DNA of 64,000 bases from Octopus vulgaris (taxonomy: Eukaryota): the NCBI GenBank assembly GCA_951406725.2, contig OX597830.1, forward strand, positions 9,238,001-9,302,000, read 5' to 3'. Under the pieces are notes generated by a model, which saw nothing but the letters and a program-made list of their open reading frames with translations, was not told the DNA's origin and ran no database searches. Each line of letters begins with the position of its first letter. Positions within the stretch are counted from its first letter, which is position 1. Positions 29,431-42,621 of the stretch are shown here, piece by piece. The position numbers and the translations under genes were made by a program.

Positions 29431-29962
29431 TAATGAATATAAGACTTAATTTATTAAACAAAGTTCAATAAATTTAATCAAATAAATGAAACAAAGCAGA
29501 TTAGATGTTGAAATGGATTATCCTTTCATTTCATAATCCTAGACAATTGTTTCTGACAAAAAGGACCAAGCTTTCTATAAAGAAAGCATCATAAAGGTCG
29601 AATTTGTACTCTTCAATAGATGAGATTTAAAGGAAAATATCCAAAAAGACATTTAAAATATACATTGAATTTTTTTTATTAGTTATCATTATTATATAGG
29701 TATTTCTATATTCATTCTTCCACTCACAATAATTTGAATCAAGGCTATTGGTTATTTACCTTCAAATCCCACATGCTGAAGAGCACATATTCGACCTTTA
29801 TGATGTACTCTTTATAGAGATCTTGGTCCTTTTTGTCTGAAACAGTTGTCTTTGATTATGAATTAAAAGGATAATCCATTTCAACATCTAATCTGCTTCG
29901 TTTAATTTATTTGATGAAATTTATTGAACTTCGTTTAATAAACACAGTCTTATATTAATTAT
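29431..29962. mobile_element. Old fold-back element with diverged ~220 bp arms
   Basis: ~29435-29660 is an imperfect reverse complement of ~29740-29960. The arms carry YUGAAGA...GAAACA(A/G)UUGUC hammerhead-like motifs. Confidence 0.7.
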
Positions 29963-30060
29963 TATTTTTTTTACATACATTCATACCTATAAATAACAGA
30001 TGATGAAAAGACATTAGAAGTTAATGGAAAAAAATTCTGTTAAGGATGAAGATATATTCA

Positions 30061-30136
<76 letters not shown>

Positions 30137-30139
<3 letters not shown>

Positions 30140-30805
30140 AAAAATACAAAATGGGACAAGAACGCAAAATACACAAAGAGACGACACAAAAAACGGACGG
30201 GTCATTCGAAGCCTCTAATCTTCAGTCAAGAACCGGATCATCCTCGCAATTTCGGCTGATTAATCTTGAGATTGCTCCAATCTGGCCAGCCCCAACGAAA
30301 AACTAAGCTACGAGCATTAGATTTCATGGAAAAAGGATCGAATGTATACGAACAAGGACAGAAAAACGGACGACGCCACACCAATATAAATACAAAAAAC
30401 AAAAATAAAATTAAAACAAGAATGGTAATAACAGGACAAAAACAGCGGGTGTCTTACGACTTTAGACAATTTAACTTAGCTGGCGTAGCCGCAAAGGCAT
30501 TTATTTAAAAATACGCGTCGTCCGTTTTTCTGTCCTTGTTCGTATACATTCGATCCTTTTTCCATGAAATCTAATGCTCGCAGCTTAGTTTTTCCTTGGG
30601 GCTGGCCGGATCGGAGCGATATCAGGATTAATCAGCCGAAATTTGCTAGGATGATCCGGTTCCTGACTGAAGATTAGAGGCTTCGAATGACCCGTCCGTT
30701 TTTTGTGTCGTCGCTTTGTGTATTTTGCGTTCTTGTCCCATTTTGTATTTTTATATATAATTTTTATACATATATTATTGCGGCGTAACGTACACCTTGT
30801 TCCCT

Positions 30806-30809
<4 letters not shown>
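30137..30809 (+). mobile_element. Fold-back element with ~240 bp arms plus tail
   Basis: Arms 30137-30376 and 30515-30755, tail to ~30809, TA flanks. A diverged single-arm relative lies at ~3560-3760. Confidence 0.85.
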
Positions 30810-30866
<57 letters not shown>

Positions 30867-30960
30867 TATGCGTAATTTATGGAATGAAGTTCTACAAATT
30901 CAATCATATTTGTCAAAAACGGAGGAGATAAGATGTTAAAAAGTAGTAAAATTCTATTCA

Positions 30961-31033
30961 TGCATACAACCGTTTCGTACATAGATATAAATTCATTTTA
31001 GAATTTGCACATATCAAAGTACTCATCAGTGCA
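30961..31033 (-). ncRNA. Type I hammerhead ribozyme, canonical core, extended stem II
   Basis: UGCA-CUGAUGA-GUAC..GAUAU..AAAUUC/GAAUUU..AUAUC..GUAC-GAAAC-GGUU-GUA^UGCA. Confidence 0.85.
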
Positions 31034-31484
31034 GAGAAAAAAATAATACGAAATGACTACATTAACTTTCTAGTATAAGCTTTACAAACATAATCTTTTT
31101 TGTACTAAACTTTCTTCATTTGTTTATGATTTTTTATTAAAAATTATACCAAGTATTGTTTTCAACGGTTAGATTTAATTTACATTAAGTCACATTTTTT
31201 CATTGGACAGACATTTTTCTGATTAACTCGCACTATGCTGCATATATGGAGATTTAATTAGCAAATCTGTACTAATCTATAGAGAGAAAGAGTTATCGAC
31301 ATCTCTACAATTATATCATCCGCTAACCGTTCATCTGATGGTTGTGGTTCAATAATTGACATGACGCCCATCACTATCACCTAGAGATAGGAACGGATAA
31401 ACATGAAACTCATAGATCCAACTTCTCAGTTTTTTTTTATGTTCCTCTTATTTTTTCTCTGTAAAAAATAAATAGCACTGAAGC

Positions 31485-31615
31485 AAAATAGCACCAAATA
31501 TATAGTGCGTGTGTTTTTATTGGCTAAACTGGCAAAATGACCATTCCGAAATATAACAATATCTGTTTCAACACACGACTTCACATAAAAAATCTTGCAC
31601 AACAAATATTTAAAC

Positions 31616-31616
<1 letters not shown>
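31485..31616. repeat. Short TA-associated dispersed repeat (also 14567-14620 inverted and ~45750-45865)
   Basis: Shared TTGGCTAAACTGGCAAAATGACCATTCCGAAATATAACAATATCTGTTTCAACACACGACTTCACAT. Confidence 0.7.
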
Positions 31617-31654
<38 letters not shown>

Positions 31655-32054
31655 CACAGAGAGACAGACACACACACACATACATACTCACACGCATATG
31701 CAAACACATGTATAATGAGTCATAGGGTGATTATCGATCGTAAAATTTTAAGTAATGATGGATTCAATGAATTTTTTAATAAAATCTTTTAACTCACGGA
31801 ATATGTGTTGAGTGCTGTTTACTTTCGTTTATATAGCTTACTTGTTTTTGTGTGTATGTGTATATGTCTGTGTGTGCATGTGTGTGTGTGTGTGCATATG
31901 TGTATATACATACACACGCACCCACACATATGAGTGTATGAATGTGTGTGCGTGTCTATTCACTTAACCACGAATGCATGTATAAACTTATACAGACGCA
32001 GATATATACATATGCACGAATACACATGCACATACACTAACACAAGGCACACAC

Positions 32055-32093
<39 letters not shown>

Positions 32094-32196
32094 CACATAT
32101 GTATATATAGACACATAGATATGTACATGTGCGAGTCTATTTGTGTGACATACACTTATATGTATAATGTATATATATATATCTATATATCTATAC

Positions 32197-32289
<93 letters not shown>

Positions 32290-32469
32290 TACAGGCGCAC
32301 AGGTAGCCATTTTCTTTTACTATATTTTATTATTAAAAGATTTGTACTTTACTATTAAATACACGTATGCCCGTGTATATACTTATATACATCTTAATGC
32401 GCACACAAAAAAATACATATATAACCCTAATTTTCTAGAATCTGAAAAACTACAGTCTCGAGTATATAC

Positions 32470-32533
<64 letters not shown>

Positions 32534-33082
32534 ACATACATATATGCATACGTACACATATATATACACCTATATACACATTTCTGTTACTGTGTCTTCT
32601 TCAACATGTCTGCTTTGCCCCCGCTAGACAATATTATTTCTTATTTTCTCATTTATGGGTTTTTTTTTATTAACATATATTTTTGTATGCTTCGGTTTAT
32701 TTAGCTTGTTTTTCTTGTCTCTTCTGTTAAGAGATAATTTAAAATAGCCTCTCCATTACTCATTCATCGCACACAGTCACCTCCTACCTCTCATTCAAAA
32801 TAGTTTTAATGACAACCAGACTAAGCCGACAGACAGACAGACAAACGGATAGACAGACAGGCGGACAGACAGGCAGGCAAACAGGCAGGCAGGCAGGCAG
32901 GCAGGGAGGTGAACCACTGGTTTTGTATTGGAGCTATTGTCGACAAAGACTAGTTTAGAAAACAACAGAGTCACTCAGTGAGGAATATATATTTTATGCT
33001 GTATATACACTCATGCATAGCCCCCCCCATACATACACGTATATTCAACTATATATGCAAACATATATTAATGTATATAAAG

Positions 33083-33178
<96 letters not shown>

Positions 33179-33195
33179 GTCTGTCTGTCTGTCTA

Positions 33196-33823
33196 CTTTC
33201 CTCTCTGGTCAATCTCTCATCAACTTCTTCAAGTACCACTTGAAAAGGAAAGTGAGAGTAGAGAGGCAAGTTTTGTCTAGCGAATGTTTTAAAAAAAAGA
33301 TGGGTGAATGTAGCAAGGATGGCACGTATGAATGACGAAGCCACCTTGAGCATAATCTTATGAACCCAGAAATCGAAAACAGAGGGTTACCCACTTGCAA
33401 ACAAATGTGGTAACATATAACAATATTGACCAAGTTTACCGTGGTCTTTTTCGTAGGCTTTTCTTCCCACGGATGAACCTTACTTGCTTTCCCCTTTACA
33501 CCATATATCATAACACTGTGATACACGATCCCTATTGATCGTTCTTTTTTCCCTCTTTCCCTTTTTTTCTTCTTTTTTCATTTCTCTTTTCTTTTGCTCC
33601 TTTTCCTTTTCTTTTTTTCTTTTTATTCTTTTTCTTTTTCTTTTTTTATTTTATTTTATTATTATTTTTTTTTTGTTCTTTTCTTCCCTTTTACGATCCC
33701 TCTTGATCGAAAACCTACGCCACCCCTTTTTTTTGTTTTTTGTTTTTTTCATCCCCCAAAAGAAAAGCTCTACCTTGTAACTTGTCCCATCTGTGTGCAG
33801 CCCTGTGTGGCCAATAAAGAAAC

Positions 33824-33826
<3 letters not shown>
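33196..33826 (+). mobile_element. 3' end of a LINE (L1/Tx1-like, tentative) inserted in (TATC)n
   Basis: ORF end FLSGQSLINFFKYHLKRKVRVERQVLSSECFKK/RWVNVARM...*; pyrimidine-rich 3' UTR; AATAAAGAAA end; (TATC)n on both sides. Confidence 0.65.
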
Positions 33827-33917
<91 letters not shown>

Positions 33918-33999
33918 GTCTGTCTGTCTCTCTCTCACCAGTGAACGACCTATCTGTGGGTGGGTGTATGTGTGTGTGTGTATGTGTGTGTGTATCGTC

Positions 34000-34380
34000 C
34001 GTAAACATAAATCCGAAAAAAGAAGCACGCTCTAAGTTATAGAGCAATACATATTAAAATTAGAAAAGGTCGTTTTAAGGGATTACTTTAGGTTTCACGT
34101 CCACAAAGGGCTCGGCTCTATGGCGTATCTTCAGATCCCCAAACCTGTTCACTAAAGGCCTCTCTAGAATATTGAGGAGGAAATGAGCTTATTACTCAAT
34201 GTCAAGAAAGGGGATTGTCTCCCCTTGGCTATCGATCGCCGACGATGTCAACAAAGGAGGTTGTATCGATCACCAAAGGCCTTGCTATCAAATGGGTGCC
34301 AATAGGCTAGCAGGAATTTCCTAATATGCAAGCACGTTCCGTTCTGGAGTTCAGGATGTTCTCTGGGTTGAAGGTGTTCT
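34000..34380 (-). mobile_element. 3' end of a PLE (Nematis-like C-terminus plus hammerhead)
   Basis: Minus strand encodes NILNSRTE (frameshift) CLHIRKFLL, resembling the LLNxRxE..C.H..KFLL C-terminus of Nematis-type GIY-YIG ORFs. A hammerhead follows; microsatellites flank the island. Confidence 0.65.
34079..34139 (-). ncRNA. Type I hammerhead ribozyme
   Basis: GGGAU-CUGAAGA-(U)ACGCCAUAGAG...CUUUGUGGACGU-GAAAC-CUAAA-GUA^AUCCC. Confidence 0.75.
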
Positions 34381-34386
34381 TTATGC

Positions 34387-34430
<44 letters not shown>

Positions 34431-34578
34431 TCTTTTCAAGTGAGTCGAACGACCTTCTCAGGGTCATTCCTTAATATTTTGTTGAATGTATCATATAGTC
34501 TGTGACTATTTCTATTTTCTCACTTGACCGCTGGTGGCAAAAAATTTTTCTTGAATTTTTTGTTACCCTTATATTGAT

Positions 34579-34626
<48 letters not shown>

Positions 34627-34652
34627 TTATGCATATGTATATATATTTATGC

Positions 34653-34733
<81 letters not shown>

Positions 34734-35043
34734 CCACTATTCTATCCTGTTACTCTGTCACTCTCTCTCCCTCACTCCTCCTACCTTGCTCACGTGGCTG
34801 CCACGTGACCATCGGCCATCCATCTTTCTTTCTTTCTCTCTGTTGTAGCCGGAACAAGGAAGACATGGACGATCTTGATTTACGCGTTCGCCAACACAAC
34901 CTCGTTTAGGCTTAGCAGCTGTTCCTGTCTTTTTCACTCTCCTGTTTGTGTTACCTATTTTGACCCTCCACAAAACCCAAAATTTAATTTAATTTACGGG
35001 AGCAACTGCTTTATCGAAAGCGTATATTGTTGTTAAATGCTCG

Positions 35044-35093
<50 letters not shown>

Positions 35094-35122
35094 GTTTAGA
35101 TGTAAGTATGTACATATACGTA

Positions 35123-35153
<31 letters not shown>

Positions 35154-35158
<5 letters not shown>

Positions 35159-35493
35159 TCATAAATAAGGGCAAACGAAAATATTTCTAATGCCAAATAA
35201 GCCGAAAAATTGGACATATTGTCCATTAACCATATAATTTCTTTCACAATACGCACGCTCCTCGAAAAAAGTTGGACAGAAATTTCTAAAGCGTGCGTAT
35301 TGTGAAAGAAATTATATGGTTAATGGACAATATGTCCAATTTTTCGGCTTATTTGGCATTAGAAATATTTTCGTTTGCCATTATTTATGAATTGTTTATA
35401 ATTTTAACCTTTAAATGTGTTTTTAATATGCTGGCCATTGATAAAATGTTTTTGGAAAAGAATTTTTTCGAAAAAAATTTTATCCTACATTAG
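35154..35493 (+). mobile_element. Fold-back element with 106 bp arms plus tail
   Basis: Arms 35154-35259 and 35290-35395, tail 35396-35493. A tail-only relative lies at 27886-27987 (-). Confidence 0.85.
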
Positions 35494-35514
35494 ATATATA
35501 TATATATGTACACA

Positions 35515-37030
35515 CAGGGTGTCCCTCAAAATATATACATATGAAATGGTTTTAAAATCTGTGTTTATTAAAGTACTTCTTTCAAAATTTCATAGAATCT
35601 GCCGACTAATTTTAACTTCCTCATTTGAAGAGTGCTTGATTTCAAATTGATGATTAGTCTGGTCCACGTTCTGCTCATAACACGAAGGAATGGAATCATT
35701 AATATCAAGAAAGATCTTGTTCGGTATTTGTGCGTGGTCTTGTTCAATGGACGCTCCTCGGGTCGTCGATTTTGTCGTCAGTTTTGTAGTGTAAACTTTA
35801 GCTTTTAAACGCCCCTTTAAAAAAAGGTTTAGTGGTGTGAGTCCTGGTAACTGTGGCGGGTATTCTGCTGACCCCCTTTGACCGATTTATTTATTTATTA
35901 AAATCTCAGCTACTGGAACTCGGTCGTCATAACCGGTGGAGTTCCAGTAGATCCGATCAATGGAACAACTTGCTGTTGAAATTAATATGCAAGTGGCTGA
36001 GTACTTCTCAGACACGTAATTGTCAGGGAGCTTCAGCATGACACAGAATGTGCCAGGGCTGGCCCACATTTTTGCTAGGTGAGGGGAGTAGAACAACGTG
36101 AAATAAAGTGTCTTGTTCCAGGACCCTATGCGTCACCGGAAATCGAACTCACTATCTTACGATTGTGACCTGAATAGCCCAACCACTAAGCTACGTGCCT
36201 TTACCCTCAGCTACAATGTGGGGTGCCCTATTTTGCTGGAAGTAAATCTCTACATCTTTAAAGTTCGGTTGAATGTTTGGCATGTCAAATTCTCACAACA
36301 AATTCTTGTAAATGGAACCACTCACAGCACCGAGAGAACGGTCCTTTTGTTGATAAGCCTTACTATATTGCAATCTCTGGCAAATTGACTTGATGTTCCT
36401 CCGTAAAATGCAGATTCCCAAAAGGTGCAAATGTGGTGGTTTATCGAGTCATTTGATTTAAATACAGCCTCATCAGTACAAACAATCTTTTTGTTGGAAA
36501 GTGTGCATCTGCTATACATCTGCTATACATAGCAGAAGAGGAGATAATCTCAAGAGGCAAGAATTCTCTAAAATGGACATGCCATTTAAGGCAATAGACA
36601 GGTTTATTGTCTGGAGATGAAAGAGCAGTTTACATCTTCAGAATTCTGAAACTTCGACAAAGAATTACTTATAAAATTCTTCTCTTTCGTCTGCATAGTC
36701 TTCAATCAGACTATTCTTGAAATATAACATTTCCGATGAAAGTGATTCAAAATGCGACCACCTTTTGATTTTGAAATTCCTATCTCATGATTCACGTGCA
36801 GCATAGATATTCTTGAACTCTGGAGATACACTTTTAATACCTTTTCTTGCCTTGTGTGGCTTATAGACGTGCGGTTTCTCGGAACCTTTCTTGTGAGAAT
36901 TCTGAAAAAGTCCTTCACCGTCAAACTTATCTCTAAACCAAATGATGGTAAGTCGCGTAAATAGATGTGTCTGAAACTCTCTCCTAAACTGTCATTACAT
37001 TTCGACTTCGTTTTCAACCTCCCTGTAGTA
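35515..37030 (-). mobile_element. Degenerate Tc1/mariner transposon interrupted by a SINE and a local duplication
   Basis: CAGGGTGTCCC end; fragments PGLTPLNLF, KKIVCTDEAVFKSNDSINHHICTFW and HTH-like RISMLHVNHEIGISKS..RIL. The far boundary is uncertain. Confidence 0.75.
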
Positions 37031-37330
37031 CTTCAGACTAATCTATTTTTTCTTAAAGCATAGTCTAGTTCCTTTCATTATCTCTAAAAGGCTAACTCCA
37101 AAAAGAGATAAAAATCGAGTTAGCATCTGTTAAAGTGTGTATAGCTTCCAGGGTATAAAACTCTGCTGCCTCTTTAATTTCTTTCTTACCAACATTTCTC
37201 TGAATAAAAACTTACCCGAAACATTTGATTTTCCACTCTCCATGGCAAGTTCTCTGTACTCTCTTCAGCGATTTTACTTCAAATTACAACACTTGCCAAC
37301 GCAGACCAGTTCTCTTCGGAGTCTGTTTGA

Positions 37331-37409
<79 letters not shown>

Positions 37410-38167
37410 CACAAACACACACAAAGAAAAGTGGCCTAAGAGAAATAACTCAGAGTAGGCGGTGTCATGTATTTGAAAAACCGACAAATACAGGCGTATC
37501 AAATACCGTACAACATAAATTCTTGATTTATCAAAATTATTTCCGCCTTTGGAAGATGAACCAAGAATTCTCCAAAGTCGAGCTGACATTAAGCATACGG
37601 ATGTGCTTACTGTCAGCAGATAAACCGGCAGTCTTGAACACGTGACAACACAATTGTCCGGCTTTGTCAAGAACTCACGGATTTAGACGAATACAATAAA
37701 GAGTGAAACATTTATGATTTAAGTTATTTCACATGGTTGAACAAAAATGGTCTCAGGAAAATAAATATGTCTGACCAGTGACATGGGTTTGAGGAACAAA
37801 GACTAATTGAGATATATCAACTATCACGCACCATGAATTTATCTCCGCTTTTAGAGGATGATTCATAGTGGCAATTGCGATCAGTTCCATATCAGAAGAG
37901 GAGACAATCCCAAGAGGCGAGAATTTCTCTGAAATGGACATGCCATTTAAGGCAATGGACAAGTTTATTGTCTGGAGATGAAAGAACAGTTTACGTTTTC
38001 AGAATTCTGAAACTTCGACAAAATTAGAGTAAATTATTAAGTAAATTATATTTTACGGAACTCGAAGTAGATAAGGCAATAAATAACTCAATTATAGATT
38101 TATCTGCTTCGAGTTTCACCGTAAAAAATACTTCACAATCATATCTCTGTTTGTTTGCCTATCTGTC

Positions 38168-38199
<32 letters not shown>

Positions 38200-39088
38200 T
38201 ATTTATACACATGCATACATGTATATGTGTATATAAACATATATACATACCTTTACAAGGATATATACGTATAGAGACATGCATATATAAATGTACATGT
38301 ATGTATGTATGTATTTCTATATATGTTTATGTGCGTGCGCGTATGATTATGCGTGGGTAGGTGTGCGTGCGTGTCTGTGTGTCTGTGTGCGTGCGTGTCT
38401 GTGTGTCTGTGTGTGTGCGTGTCTGTGTGTCTGTGTGCGTGCGTGCGTGCATGTGAGTGTGTGCGTGCGTGTATGTGTGTATTGCTGAAATACATTTCGT
38501 TCAGCCACTTTAAATTAATACCACATTAAAGTATTTTAAAGTATTTTAATGAGACGGGGAAGCGAAACACGTCTGTTGGTGCCCATGTTCTGAACATCTT
38601 TAGGGCAATAGCCTGTTGTCTATGTCTATCAGACATCTCACCAATTCCATCTCTTCCATTGCACTATGAGAGAATGGTACTGAAGTGTTGCTGTCGGACA
38701 GAGTAACATCTGGAATTGGTAAAGTCTTGAGTTTGAATTAGACAACCTCGCTTTTGCTTGTTGGGTGTGGCAGGTGTAATGAGGAAGGCTTCCACCTGCT
38801 GTTTTATATCATGTGTTTGATGTATTTTCATATAGAAAATTCTGTCTGTTTGTCTTTCTGTCTGTCTCGCTCATACACACAGATTTGCACGCACAACTAT
38901 TCACATTAAACATACATTTATACACTCACACACACACACACACACGTGTATACACAACAGTCGTCTTTTGCTGTTTAAACGTCTAAAGTGTTTAAGCGGC
39001 GTTTGTTAGTAAATTACTTGTGAAATCGTACGACCACTTCCCATTCAGCTGTACGTATTCTTGAGAGCTATATATTGTAGCTAACGAA

Positions 39089-39322
39089 AAGGCGGCGAGC
39101 TGGCAGAAACGTTAGCGTGCCGGGTGAAATACTTAGCGGTATTTCGTCTGTCGTTACGCTCTGAGTTCAAATTCCGCCGAGGTCGACTTAGCCTTTCATC
39201 CTTTCGGGGTCGATTAATTAAAGTACCAGTTTCGCACTGGGGTCGATGTAATCGACTTAATCCGTGTGTCTGTCCTTGTTTGTCCCTTCTGTGTTTAGCC
39301 CCTTGTGGGTAGTAAAGAAATA
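39089..39322 (+). mobile_element. SINE family A monomer with TSD
   Basis: TATATTGTAGCTAACGAA (39071-39088) / TGTATTGTATCTAACGAA (39325-39342). Confidence 0.9.
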
Positions 39323-39639
39323 TATGTATTGTATCTAACGAACTGTCGTGGTTTGAAGGTGAATCTGCGATACGGTTTCAATTTCTCTCTATAGCAATGC
39401 AGTTTTAGATTGAACCACCATTCGCCTGTTATCTATGATTAACAAGTATATGAACTCATTAATTAACAAGTACATGAACTCATTATCGTCCTTCTTTTAT
39501 ATTTTACTTGTTTCAGTAATTAGACTGTGGCCATGCTTGAGCACCGTCTCGAGCAATTTTCAGTCGAACGAATCAACCCCGGTTATTCTATCTTTTTTTT
39601 TTAAAAGCCTGGTGCTTTACGAGTGTTACGACGTTATCA

Positions 39640-39955
39640 GCTTCGTATATGCAGGAGATGCATTCGACACATGATGGTTAATAGATGTTGCCGAAGAGAT
39701 ATGATAGGACATTTAAAGGAGGTCTGGACCGATGTTAAACCTCTGCTGCCTCGTTGTCGTTTTAGATAGAGGTGGTCTACATCATAGTTGATGTGGAAAT
39801 TAAGTCTGCTGGTTAGTATCTTTCGGTTTTTCAGATCAATGGCTCGGAGCTGATCAAGCGTCCAGTCAAGTAGCCCAAATGTTGATATGAGGATTGACTC
39901 TGCAAACACATTGTGGGCCACTATTTCATTGAATGCAGAGAGTTCCGAGGTCAAC
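39640..39955 (-). mobile_element. R4/Dong-like post-RT fragment
   Basis: TFGLLDWTLDQLRAIDLKNRKILT...FHINYDVDHLYLKRQRGSRGL; abuts (TATG)n. Confidence 0.75.
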
Positions 39956-40010
39956 ATTATGTATGTATGTATGTATGTATGTATGTATGTATGTATGTAT
40001 GTATGTATGT

Positions 40011-40505
40011 TGTATGGTCGGGTCGTCAGCGACTAAACCGGCAACCCCACCAAGCTTGCTTGGTGAGGAGGGTGATTATTGGACACCCTGCGGGATGAAA
40101 AGCAAAACCCGTCAAAGGAGGAACTCTTGAGAGTCAACGGCCATCCAATAAATGTCTTAAGGCTGTATCATGCGCGGGGACATAGAAATAATCGGACTGA
40201 ATATCCGATCGCGCGGTTAAACCATTGGGAGTGAAGGACTCCTAGCCTTTGTTAGGGCATCCTTCTAGGAGAGTAACTCAGGTAACTGGGATAACTCCGA
40301 CATAAAACCTGCGGCTCAGTGGTTACCGATGATGTTGACTTGTTCTTCTTTTCGGATTATGGCTGCTGTTGCTTAGTGAATGGGATTGACTCAGTGCACA
40401 GCCTTTCCTCACTTTAAAAAAATCTTCTTGCACAGGCATTGCACGATAACAACATTGATTAAGCTTCGTGCAATGGCCATACTCGATAACGAGGGGCAGC
40501 CACCA
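40011..40505 (+). mobile_element. GC-richer insertion in (TATG)n, RTE 5'-UTR-like
   Basis: Flanked on both sides by (TATG)n; several hairpins; GGGCATCCTTCTAGGAGA motif recalls RTE-clade leaders. Confidence 0.4.
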
Positions 40506-41170
40506 TGTATGTATGTATGTATGTATGTATGTATGTATGTATGTATGTATGTATGTATGCAAGCATGTATGTATTGCTTGGAGATACAAGGCATGTCATA
40601 TAAATCTGCCAATTTATTGTATCCCTAAAGCATGAAACTGTTAGTAGGTCTTTTGTAAATTGTGTATATAAAATGATATTAAATAATAGAACAAACAGGA
40701 TAAAATGAAATTAATATATGAGTTAACTTATTTTATAATTTTAATCAGCAAAAATTAGAAAGTGAATCAAGGGCCGAGAGTTACGTACATGATAAATGCC
40801 ATGCACGTAACTCAGTCAGTGACACAGTTTGTAATTTCTACCGAATAAAATAGTATTTATATCTATCGATATATATGTATGTAGAGCACCTATATGGTCA
40901 GTGGTTTACCAATATGAATTTTATGTGGTAGTAATATTATCTAGTTAAAGAGCAGGTAGTTATTCATATAATTACTTTTCACCCCTTTAAACAATTGACT
41001 TATGTCCTGCTCTTCTTGATCGCTCGGAGATCGGAACCGAGAGACTATCAGCAAAGATTTGTAAAATTCTAGCTTCCAATAGAATATAATTTCTCTATTC
41101 TCAGCAATGAGTAACCGCTATTTATCTTATACACAGGCATTTGCATACAAGCACGCACGCGAGAGCGTTT

Positions 41171-41242
<72 letters not shown>

Positions 41243-41304
41243 GCACACACACACATACGCACACTATAGATACATATACAATCATAAATACATACATATA
41301 TATT

Positions 41305-41335
<31 letters not shown>

Positions 41336-41350
41336 AATTACACACGCACA

Positions 41351-41407
<57 letters not shown>

Positions 41408-41452
41408 AGCCGAATGCTTATGTATGCACACACATACAAGCTTACATCCATG

Positions 41453-41498
<46 letters not shown>

Positions 41499-41604
41499 CA
41501 TACATACGTATATATAAATATATGTGTATATATATGCATACATCATATACATATAGATATGTACGTATATATGTATATGCATGTATATGTATATATGTAT
41601 ACAA

Positions 41605-41636
<32 letters not shown>

Positions 41637-41918
41637 GCATGCGAATGTGTAGCATAAAAACATATAGTTTTATATTTTCACACACAACCACACATTAAAC
41701 GATAAATTTAAACAGAGACTGCATACAAAATATTTATGTAAAAAATCTAATATGGAAATATTTGCATGTGGAAGACACAAATAATTCTTTCACGAAACTT
41801 TGATAAAGACCAAAAACTCCTTTATCTGGGTGGGATTTCAGAAATTTCAGATCCTATATGTATGTATATATATACATATATACATATATACATATGTATA
41901 TGTATGTATACACACACA

Positions 41919-41995
<77 letters not shown>

Positions 41996-42145
41996 TGTTT
42001 GTTTGTTGTTAATGTTGTTATATAAAATAAGATATGGGTGTGGAAGAAAGCACAAACTTCGGTGAGTGCACTACCTTCCAAACATCATTTTTAGGGCAGG
42101 CATATATAGTTATATAGATTCATCATCATCATGATCATCATGATC

Positions 42146-42177
<32 letters not shown>

Positions 42178-42540
42178 CATCATCATCATCATCATCACCA
42201 CCATCACAATCATCATGATGATCATGATGATCATGATGATCATGATGATCATGATCATGATGATCATCATCATCATCGTCGTCGTCGTCGTCGTCGTCGT
42301 CATCATCATCGTCATCATGAAGGCGGTGAATTGCCAGAAACGTGAGCACGCCGGACAATATGCCTGGCGGCATTTTTTTGTTGTTGTCTGTCTATATTCT
42401 CTGTTCAAATACCTCCGAGCCTGGCTTTGCCTTTCGTCCCATCCAGGGTCGATAAAATAAACATCAGCTGAGCACTGGGTCGATTTAATTAACTCGCCCT
42501 CTCCCCCAAAGCTGCTGGCCTTGTACCAAAACTACTGAAA

Positions 42541-42575
<35 letters not shown>

Positions 42576-42621
42576 ATAATAATAATAATAATACTACTAA
42601 TAATAATAATAATAATGATAA

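Noticed and set aside
35011-35493. Two ORFs with identical N-termini on opposite strands
   Set aside because: A by-product of the inverted arms of the fold-back element.
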